Position numbers and translations under genes: made by a program | In this document: in pieces, positions 28,756 to 39,700 of the stretch | How the letters are laid out: every line of letters begins with the position of its first letter | Position numbering within the stretch: position 1 is the first letter of the stretch | The notes under the pieces: model-generated | What the model saw: only the letters and a program-made list of their open reading frames with translations | Told to the model about the DNA's origin: nothing | The model's database searches: none | From: Balanoglossus misakiensis | Taxonomy: Eukaryota > Animalia > Hemichordata | Direction of reading: 5' to 3' | NCBI GenBank assembly: GCA_040954595.2 | Contig: CM082592.2 | Span: 5,756,308 to 5,820,307 of the forward strand | Length of the DNA stretch: 64,000 nt

Positions 28756-29842
28756 AAAGTCACTGTTTCTGGAGGACAAAGCCCAAGCTTTTGTCGATCG
28801 TTTGATTTTTGTTGATGATTGTTTTGTTCTCGACACATTGTTCTTACCCTATCCGTGTACGCATGCGTCATATATCACGAGGGATTTTATTTATGCAGAC
28901 ATGCAGACCTACGTCACTTGCGCCGTGCAGTGTATCATGTCGTGACTGTAAGCAGTACCAGCCTGACATTGTATTAATTTTTTTTTATTTATATGTTCCT
29001 CACACATTTACAATAATCTATTGTTTAAAGAGCCGCGAGCTGTAATTTTTGACCAATTTTCAGTGTTTTTGTTCTGTTTATCAACCGTGATTTCTTATAA
29101 TAATTTGTCCAGCATGCCGATAACTGAAAAAATAGCACAATGAAGCATATACTGAAATATATTTCATCACCGAAAACTGACTTCTTAAAGGGTTAAATTG
29201 CTATTTCTGGCATTAAATTGATTTAATGTCAAATGATGAATAAATATACTATTCTTATATTATCCAAATCCGTAATATCCATCGTCACGAAGTGTTTTTT
29301 TTTTTACATTAATATAAGCGTGCCTACTGTTGGATACTTGAGAGAACAGTCGAGTACGGACCACAACTTGTCGTCTGGCTGAGTTGTATTACGATATTTG
29401 GTGGAAACTCGGCTGTTAGTGGTCTGGCAACACTAACCGTGGCAAACTTTCTAGGGCATGAAGGTGTTTTCTGATCTCGACAGCAAGGCGCTAGGGAATT
29501 CTGTGATAAAGACTCCCTAGCTTTGAATGGCATGGCGCCGATATCTGGAAACTGTGGTAATGGCTGAGGGTCAAACTGGAGTGTTTTATATCCAGACAAA
29601 GATTATTGGTTTCTCTCAGATTTTCTTTATAACATGCATTGCCCTCTGGTGCGTAAAAAGGCCAAAGTTCAGACATGCATTCGACATACGAGGACCCTAT
29701 TTTCATTCGCTAATCCTTCATTCAGACAGGCATTCGGCATGGACTTTCAATTTTATAGATTCCCCAGACTTAAATTCCTTCCATAGTCTCACATACACTA
29801 TGCTCTGCATCTTACAGGGTGACTTAAATGACCTTCGGTAGC

Positions 29843-29892
29843 TTCGCGTGACATATGACCCAGGCCATATTCACCCTATAGAAATTGGCCTC
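29843..29892 (+). promoter_or_regulatory. CA-B proximal promoter block paralogous to that of CA-A
   Basis: TTCGCGTGACATATGACCC...ATAGAAATTGGCCT aligns with 22328-22380; degenerate DR1 TGACAT-A-TGACCC at 29849-29861. Confidence 0.5.
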
Positions 29893-30033
29893 TGATTTAT
29901 GCGCCGCGGCCCGGGACGGGAGTGTCACTTTCCACGTGTGTTGTTGTACGTCGGTCTGCCTGCAGACTAGACCAGACATCTTGGCCGCAAATCACAGCTC
30001 GGCTCGACAGTAATAGCCCATTTGATTTGAGAA

Positions 30034-32592
30034 ATGTCTCAGTTTGGAATTCAGCGGGTAGAATTACTTGTCTTCGTTTCGTTCCTTGCTTCAGTGGCAA
30101 GCTCAGGTAACTGACATTTTGTGTGTTCTTGTATGTTTTTTTAGCAGACTTGCCCAAAATCGCTGGCCGTGAAACGCCCCGTTCGACGATTTCATTTTGC
30201 CGAGAAATGAAAGAAATCCACATTATTAATATCACCATTTTTATATTACTCTACGTTTAGGAGGAGCCCACTGGGGTTATGGTCCCGATGATGGTAAGGC
30301 TTAAGCATTTTCAGTAGTTCAATAGTCTTGAATTCGATTTTGACCTTGTCGTGGCTCTGTCCGCATTGACTGACCCGATTATTGCGGTCCGAATTATGCA
30401 AGTGGCCTCGTTAGTCTGTTACGGTAAACGACAGACGAGATCGCGGGAAGGATATAGCTGATAAGTCGTAGGAATGGTGCAGTTGTTAAACCAAGGCGAT
30501 GTGGACATGACAGCAACTGACTCACTTTGTCGTAACTGCTTATTTCAATCACAGGACCAAGCACGTGGCCTGACAACTTTCCCGAACACTGCGCGGGTCA
30601 TACGCAGTCACCAATTAATATCATCTACAAGGACGCTGAACGCAAACAATTTGGTGCGTTCACCTGGAACGGGTTCATCAAACCTCCGACAGGCGCCGTC
30701 ATGACTCTCGTCAACAACGGACACCATGGTAAATTTATTCAAAGACACTATGGTTACTAATATGAAGATTCATATATATTGTATTGTTGGCCGATTGTTG
30801 GCATCTAACTCATATTTGGCAGGTAACTTAACTAAGTGGTAGGGGTACCAGACTCAGGTCTGCGCATTGGCGACATGTTGAGCCTTCCCTTTCCCTTTGC
30901 CATTACTTTCTAGCTCAAGTCAATCTACAAGGAGACTACACCATCAGTGGTGCGGACCTACCCGGTACATTCAACGTCGTCCAGTTTCATTTTCATTGGG
31001 GAAACGAGAGCAGCGTCGGATCCGAGCATCAGCTGGACGGCACGCAGTATGCGGGCGAGGTAAGAACCACGCATTTACTCGGTAAACTTCGTACAATTCG
31101 ATTCATCACAGGTCCACTTTCTCAGGTGGAGTTTAGTGGTAAAACGAATGCCGTGCTGTTAATTGCGAGCATTCCGCCCAGATGTCTGTCTGGTATGTGC
31201 ACCTATAATAGGTCTACCCCACTGGGTCCATACCAATTGTTATAGACATGAGAGCAAATTTGGGTTTCAAATGTGTTAAATGCCTGCAGGGACGTTTGGG
31301 TTGAAACAATGCAAGGAGTACACACATGGAATCTTATAATGATTGAAAGCTACCTAAACAACGCGTGAAACATCTGAGTAACGCATCTCAGCGCTGAGTC
31401 CAGTTCTTAAAGCCACTGTACTATATCAGTCAAACAAATGACCGATTTACTCGTAATCTGGCCGAGTGACTGACTGACTGACGAACTCATTGACTAACTG
31501 ATTAGTCGTTCTGTCGTAAAACAAAATTGCATGCAATGCGTACGTTTAGTGCCAAATCTGAATTATTTTGCAGATGCACTTGGTGGGTTACGACTCCAAA
31601 TACCCGGACTTTGCCACGGCTGTCAACAACCCTGACGGTCTAGCTGTGGTGGGAGTAGTCATCGAGGTAAGAGGTTCCCAGTCACGTTGTATTGTTTTGA
31701 AATGTCGGGCAGGTTACATACATTTGCGATTTGTGGATTTAAAAAATATTGTTTCCTCATTTGCATATCTAGGTCGGTGTTTTGAAGAACAAAGCATACA
31801 ACACACTGATAGATGCACTCTCAAATATCATCTACAAAGGTAAGAAATATTTTCAAAGGTCCTTATTTTGCCAATTATCAAAAGTATGTAGACAATGGCG
31901 GATCGAATCAATAATTGTAAACCCTGACAAATAGTATGCGCCTTATTTTTTTTTTATTTCTGTAGGCCAAACGTACAGATTCCCGTCTCCGTTTCCTATT
32001 CTGCCGTTGCTGCCGTCCAACAATCACAAATACTATCGCTATCGGGGCTCTCTGACCACACCGCTGTGTCAAGAAACGGTCATTTGGTCGGTTATGAAGA
32101 ACCGAGTCCATCTTTCCGAAACGCAGGTACCCCGTGACTGCAGTTAGAGATGACTTAGGCATTAGCCAACCACCTGAACCCAAAATATTACTCAAATTTA
32201 TTTATCCAGGGTTAATATTATTTCAGAACATTTAGGAGAGTGTGGCATGTGCTTGTATTGTTGCAACTGTTATCGACTCAACTAAATTAGACAATTGGTG
32301 GGAATTGTTACACGACGCTTTGGTTTGTAATATTACCAGCAGACAACCTTTCCATGCTATTTAAAGATTTTTTAATATATGTTTGTTTGTTGTTAAGTTG
32401 GCGACCATATTAGCGCGATTCAAGTAACCATACTTATTATTGTGCATTTTCTCATAGATTAACAAATTCAGAGAGCTGATGTTCAGCGCTGAACAAGAAG
32501 ACCCCTATCCGATGGTCAACAATTTTCGGCCACCGCAGCCGCTGAACGGAAGAAGAGTCGACATCAACGTATCCGTTGGCGGTGCCGTTTAG
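30034..32592 (+). CDS. Alpha-carbonic anhydrase CA-B, about 293 aa, predicted secreted; tandem paralog of CA-A
   Basis: Eight GT-AG exons: 30034-30106, 30261-30293, 30555-30728, 30914-31059, 31574-31666, 31773-31839, 31966-32126, 32458-32592 (882 nt). Internal exon sizes equal those of CA-A. Signal MSQFGIQRVELLVFVSFLASVASS; the three Zn-ligand histidines, NNGH and GSLTTPLC are present. Ends ...INVSVGGAV* (TAG 32590-32592). Confidence 0.92.
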
Positions 32593-34245
32593 GCACGCCC
32601 TCTGTGGGCAATCGTCGCAGTTTCCTTCGGCTCTGCCCCGATACTTTCTGCGACCACGGGAATGTTGTAATGTAGTGTGAAGAAGTCACTGTTAAAAGAC
32701 ACAGCCCAGTATTTTGCCAAATTGTTTAAGCTTGAAAATTAATGAGTATGTTGGTATAGCTTTAATTGTGTTGTAAGTGTAAGCAGTGACGCCAGTGTGT
32801 GAATTTTTACTGCGTTCAATACAGACCAGGGCACGAAGAATGGCGTTAGAAGTTAAGCAGTCCTGCGCGGCTATTCGCGAATGTCGGTCGAACTCTCTCA
32901 CGAACAATGTAAACATCGGAATCTACCACCGATGATAGATGTCTCGACATGAATTATTGGAGTGATGTAATAATCAGGAATAAACATACACGTTATAAGT
33001 GTATGCCGCAAATTTTTGATGTCCGGGCTTTATTTAATTTTTCAACCATTATATACAGACTGATTATTCGTCGGATTTTACATCCCGAGGGGAGTAGTGT
33101 GGCCATAATTACTTGTTGTTGCCGCAACTTCCAGGGGAAAAAACACATAGAAAATATATGGGAAGTTCTAACGCTTTAAACAGAGTGTCTCTAGCAAGAT
33201 TCATAAAATTCGGTCCTACCTCTGGATTTATAGTGACAATCCATTCTTGTCATTTCCAAACTGTACCTTTGCAACGATTTTGGCTTGGGTCCATTCAGCT
33301 GTTCACGAGATATCCTGTAAACGGACAGACGGAGACATTATCCATTAACTCATGTGTGGTAAAAAGAAGACCGCTGCTGGAATCACTCGGAAATCACACG
33401 AAAGCAATTTGATTTTACGACAGCGAAGAGTGAAATGCAATGGAAATTCTCGAAAGTGTGTGTCAGGGATTTTAAGTTATCTTTCATATCTCGTTTTTCA
33501 CTTGAGAGTCAGTAGTGTGCAATGGCTACCATATTACTGCATGAGTTTCGTGACATCATTAAATTGTCAGAATCACGTTTTCCCATTTCGTAGAAGAAGA
33601 AAAAAACAGTAATGCTTGGCTGAACCAGTAACACGTGCAAATTCAAACAGAAATTGACAATGTACATATACACTGGTACCCTCAGGTCATGGTAGCCATG
33701 GAAACACATTGAAAGCCCAGCTGACATTACATTACATCGCACTGCATTGACACTGACTAAAATGTGAGGTATTTGACAAATCTCTGGAGAAAACCGTACC
33801 GTCGACTTTGTAAAAACGACCGTTCTCTCCGATATCAACTGGCTGGGACGCCGAGACACAGTTTTGAGAATACGAAAACACCAGGCAAGTAAACGCAGTA
33901 TCTCACCGATCTGTTGAGAGTGTACCTGTACGCCCACGATATTATACGTATGCTGTTTTTATTGCAGAGGCCATAAACGGCCTATTTTCGCACAAAAGGC
34001 AGCCCTTGAGATGTCTGACTTGTACACCCCCTTGAAAATGAACCCCGTACGTCACTCGTTCCGGAAATATGACTTGCGCCACCGATACTTCTGGTTTTGT
34101 AGTAACGACGGTTGGTGCATTCACGCTTCCAGGCGCAGCTGAGCTGTACACGCTACAAACACTCGGGGAATTTTAATACTCGGAGCTCGTGTGTCCAAGA
34201 TTGTCCAACCCACGAAATAGATACATGGTGTGAGTGTGGATGATA

Positions 34246-36695
34246 ATGGCGGGTAAGTACAACGTCTTCTGTAAACGTCTTCGCCAGTTGAGAGGTAGAC
34301 CTTTATTGGTCCATATCCTTAACAGTGACAATGGTTGTAATATACCAAGTTCACGACCGGTCATAACACACTCACTTTCCAAACTGCGTCACCTTGTTAA
34401 ATTCGACTTATTTATAGTGCATAGTGTTAACCAGAGGACACACGTATACAGCCAAAGGAATACGATTTTATAATACATCGAATATCGTTATATAGAGAGT
34501 GGCGGTTTAACACACGAGGCAGCTGTGATCAGTTTGTTTCTAGTTTTATACTAGTTCAGCATGGTTCAAGGTCAAAGCCGTTGAGAAGAAGAAAGTGGAT
34601 ACGGACTGGAGATAAGCTGGTGCTTATATAACGGTGAATCCTGACAGGATATTAAAACTGTCATTCTTTATCTAGTCGAGACACTCGGCATACCTTTTGT
34701 GAAATGTGCGGCGGTCGTCACGATCGAGACACAATTACTACTCGCATGTGTGCGCATAAATGACGGTTTATATATAGGGAATTGGGCCGCAGCAGTTCTG
34801 GTGACCTTGACATGACATCGTATAGTGCTATTCGTTGGGAAATTCGCACGTACCCATTACATTATGCTGTATTTAACCCGACCAGGAGCCGGATTCATGT
34901 TGACGTTGTAGTTCGTCTTCCTACTGACCATCACGACTTTGGCCCCGATATTAATTTTTAATATACGTGATCTGATTTCTCAGTCAAATTAACCATCGAT
35001 ATGCTGGATGCAGTCATATTTGATATTACGAATTCCCCAATCAAAATGCAGCTCTTTGGATATTTGTATTTAATTATTTTTCTTTAATGTTCTTCGATCC
35101 AATTTTACCATACATCGGATTTTAGACCAAGAGACAAAATTACAGTGTTAGGCGGCCCACAGTTGTGTGGTATTATCATTTGCTAAGCATGGCTGCTCCA
35201 GACTAAAGAAATGACCCCGAGTTCAGTGGCATTCCCCTTTCAATTATAAATCTCAGCGATATACGTCATACAGCCATGAGAAAGACTGACGAATAATCTG
35301 TCCCTTTGTGGCATGCAAATTACTCAACCTCTCGTACGATGTTGTCGGCGGATATGCGCAGAAACAGCTATTTCAAATGCCACAAATACCTTCGCGTCGT
35401 TGTTAGGTAATAACGCACACGCAATTATGACGTGACAACCCTACGTTGCTCACGCTTTTGAAAACGATTTCGTAGTTCCGTATTACCATAGACAGTACAC
35501 TGTCTATGGTATTACATACAGAGCAATGACCCTGCCTACGCATTTTGCGTGCGTGACACACCGAGGTTGCTGACACAACATGCACTGCATTCCATTTCGC
35601 TTTAGCGCCCCCACAGCACGCAAGACGCATTATTCCCTTGTGAAATGGTCACCCTAGTTACCCTCATATATCTCGTAAATTAAAACCTTTATGAGATATT
35701 AGTTGTGCCTATGTTCACATGGCATTTGTTTACTCGTCCGTCAGCTTGACAATATTTCTGCCCTATATCATGAAATTAATTTGTAGCACAAGCGTCAAGT
35801 GCAATGTTTTCACAAGACTTTCCATGTCAAGAAATTTGAAACACTACAGTATTACAATCTAAGCAAGGGGATCGGGTTATTTTTTACCGTGACAGAGAAA
35901 GCATACTTATAACCTTTGCATCGGCGACATTTCCCGGCATGCCCTGATCGGCAGATCCTCCTTCACAACAGGAAAACGCTCCCGGAATGGGCGAAACCCG
36001 GAATTCGACTTGAACGCACCACAGTCCAAACAAAGCAGCGTGTGAAGAAAACGGCAATAGAAACGTGTATTCCCGAAGGCGCTCACCCACAGTATTCCCT
36101 TGTTCCTCTGTCACGACTAATTCCACGTGTATGTCCATAGCTGCAGTAGTCTGCTGCATATGACATTTTAATTCCCGAGTAAGCTATTGGACAGCTAAAT
36201 CAGGTGACACCGCCACTGGGGAAACGTACACCGTATACATGTACTAGTATATGAAGCAAGTCTTTGGGTAAGGCATGTGTGTACAGACACAGACAGATAT
36301 GTACATACATACAGACAGACATAGGCATATACATGTACATGTATGTAGGGTTCGGACTAATTGATTTTCTTCTTGAACACAGGTGCTTGGAGCTACTCAG
36401 GGGGAAACGGTGAGCACAAACTATTTATTGGGTGTATTGTAGAGTTAATAGGATAGAAATAGGTCAATGAGGGCAATAGAGTTTCCATACCAAATATGCA
36501 TTGAGTTCGTAATCACGACATTATTATACTCGGGCGGAGATTATGTGTACTAATTTAGTAAAACACAAGAGGCTGTATTCTGGCGTATACTAGTACGCAC
36601 TGGGCGACCAAAAACATCAATGCTTGGACTGAACCATTGGCCTGAGTGTACACGAACAAGCACATACGCGTCCCTTGGTTGGCATCATCATCATA

Positions 36696-36746
<51 letters not shown>

Positions 36747-39700
36747 TTACAACCAACACCGCCACAACAACCATCACCGGATTCTAAATCAGTCTCGTCT
36801 ATCTTTTATCTTTTCCCAGGTCCCACCTACTGGGCATCCATGTTCAGAAAAGCCGCTGGCAAACGCCAATCGCCGATTAATATCGAGACAAATAAAGTGA
36901 GGACCAGTGATGACTTGAAGGAATTCACCTTCGAAGGGTTTGGCGATGACGTCACAGAGGACGATACGTTCATGACCATGTGCAATGACGGCACTTCAGG
37001 TTAGAGCATTGGTGATTGTTTTGTTCTGTTTATCCCCTAAACTAGTTCTGTTCCCAACTGGACGATAAAAACGCCAAGCATCCGGATTCCAACAAAACCA
37101 TGCGTGCGCAATTGCTTTTCGGTGCGGATCTAAATTGAATCGTAAGCAGTAGCAATGCTGGCTGCACTAGCACTACAGGCCTTTCTGCACCACTCGTCTA
37201 TAACGACAGAGGGCGCTGATCCTGACAGGTCCACGGCCAGCCGTCGACTGTTGTCAGATCCATTGCAATTTGGTATACAGTGCCGCCACGCAGTGTTGAC
37301 AAGGGCGGCGATTTATTAAACAGTACTGCAGAAGCGATGTTTCCTAAAACAATCATCTCTCGACAGTTTTATGAAGAAAAAATAGACTGGATGTTGTTTA
37401 CGACAACTTATCAGTAGTTTCCAGGAAATCACTTGCCCAACATTCTGCCGATGCGATCGATGCGATCGTAACAACACCGTGTACGTCTTCTTGTTTACCC
37501 ACTCAGCCCGCGAACGAACTTGAATTTACTTTTTTTATTTTTAACAATTTTCAGAAATTACACTGTACAGAAGTTTTTTAATTACCTTTTATTTGAAATA
37601 TACATGAATGTATAACGTGTACATATCGTGCGTGTGTCTGCTGTGCACTGTGTGTATGAGATCGGGGTCAAAGGGTTCATGGGGAGGGGGAAGCCACGCC
37701 CACTTTGAGTAAACCGACCCACTGTGAAAACCGACCAGAATGTGTGGTCCGAGGTGAGGTCGGTTTTGCCAGGTTTCACTGTATATGTGACTAAAGGTCA
37801 AAAGTTCAAAGATACGTGTAGAGTAGAGTCTCGTTCCAGAGTCCTTCAGCCGCTTTTGAAAATCCCCCCCCCCCGCCCCAAAAAAGAAGGAACCCATGCC
37901 ATGCAAAATAATATTATATTGCAAGATTAAATTGCGAAGCCTCATTACAAAACAAGAAGTTGACCATATCAATTTTTGTGTGTAATGCGGATGAAAAGAC
38001 TACAATGAACAGTCCTGTGGATCACAGGAATTTCAATTTGTACTGATGATCGATAACGTGTCTGATTTTAAAATAGCCCAATAAGTATGGTCGAAATCTT
38101 GGTTGACAAAACACAGTCTGTCAATAAATAATATGGTGTTGTTAGTTACGCTCAACAGTGTAACAATAACACCATTATTTGCTTGCTTTGTTCCCGTATG
38201 TTTGAGACGGAACCATCGGCGACATGATAAGCAGTGCAGCACTTTGAATATTTCAACTGTATGGCCAAAAAATATCGCCAACTTCCTCAAAGCCAGTTGT
38301 CATATAAATATGTGACTACAGTTTATTGTTTTACCAGATTAGAAAACACTGCCTTTTGTTTCTCGTAAATTCGAAGGGCGTCCTGGTACAGTTTCAGGTC
38401 CCAGTGATTCCGCCTCTCGATTTCCTTGAGTTCGTAGTCGCTGAGCTTCCCTCTGTGCGAGTTTGCGTTGACGTGGACCTCATCCTTGATGTTTCTGATT
38501 CGCAGCATTCGCGTCAGCATGTCCTGCGACGTCTTCCAGTCTTCCAGGATTCCCACGAAGGCCATGCGCTGCTCCAGGTTCTCCTTGGCCTTCAGGTAGT
38601 GCCTCTCCCCGATGACGGGGATGTCGGCGGCGTGGTCGGCGGAAGCGCAGCAGTCCTCGAAGGTGGACGCCACCTCCGGGAACTCGTCGAAGAGCAGCAG
38701 GCGGACCGTGAAGTTGTCGACGTCCTGCAGGGACTGTCGCTGCCCGGCCGTTCTCCGCAGGTAGTCGCGCAGGCTGGCGCTCTTCAGTAGGGTGTCCTTG
38801 CAGATCTTGTGGAAGCCGAAGCACTTGTGCTTCTTCAGGTAGTAGTACGTGGACACGATTCTCTCCACGGGGTGCCTGAACCAGGTGACGTACAAGAAGG
38901 GCCTGTCCGGGTACACGTACTTGTGTATTCCGTAGGACCGCTTGGAATAGTACAGAGACTTCTCGCTCCGCCTGCTATGTCCTCGTACGGCTCTGTAAAA
39001 GTCCCGGCAGTGACTGAGTTGATTTCCAGACTTCTGGTCCTTGAACTTCAGGCCCGGTTCGCGAAAGAGAACTTTTTCAACTGAGGTGCCGCCGCTTTTC
39101 GGCAAATGTACATACGCCACGTTGGCGTCCCGGTACTCCTTGGCAAACTCCTCGAAATTGGCGCTGTCGTTTTCAAACGTCAGGTAGAAATTCCCCAAGG
39201 GCTGCCTCCCGTATCGCCCGCTCGGCGGGCAAGCCTGCAGCAGTTCGTAATTTTTAAAGCAGCTCCTGTTGCCGATGGCGGACTTGTAGGATGCTATTCG
39301 CGAACAATTCGTCGCAGTCTCACCTGCAGCCAGCTGTAGGTCGGGCCCTTCGCCAGTCGTAGCGTTGAGACCGCTGTGCTCCCCGACATTGATCGATTCT
39401 CGTCCGCTTTCGGCAAATCTTCGTGAACTCTCCTCCTTCTCGGTGTGATTTCTCATTTCACCGCCGCGCCCTGCGGCCAAACCGACTTCGTTCCTCGCCG
39501 ACATCGACGCGATCTTAACCGCGACCAACAACACCAGGCAGACTCCCCCAGAAACGAAGACCTTGTTGCGGTGTGGTAAACGCAAACAAATCATGGTGTG
39601 TCCTTAACTAAGTCCAACGTCGAATTCAACGCGCCTTGTTTTCAGTCCATGCGCGCCGGTCGACGATGATGTGGCAATGTCGTGTTTCAGGTTCCAACTG

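Noticed and set aside
29490-29521. Short inverted repeat GCTAGGGA...TCCCTAGC between CA-A and CA-B
   Set aside because: Possibly a repeat fragment, but no boundaries or TSD could be defined.
36251-36273. ATGAAGCAAGTCTTTGG|GTAAGG as CA-C exon 1
   Set aside because: Phase 2; the 36383 exon needs phase 1.
36646-36819. Poly-Ile or poly-Ser N-terminus as a signal or TM segment for CA-C
   Set aside because: It is the translation of an intronic (CAT)n microsatellite; a good acceptor at 36819 and an upstream WSY exon exist.
38326-39339. Antisense and alternative-frame ORFs over the sulfotransferase
   Set aside because: Same codon-bias shadow effect.
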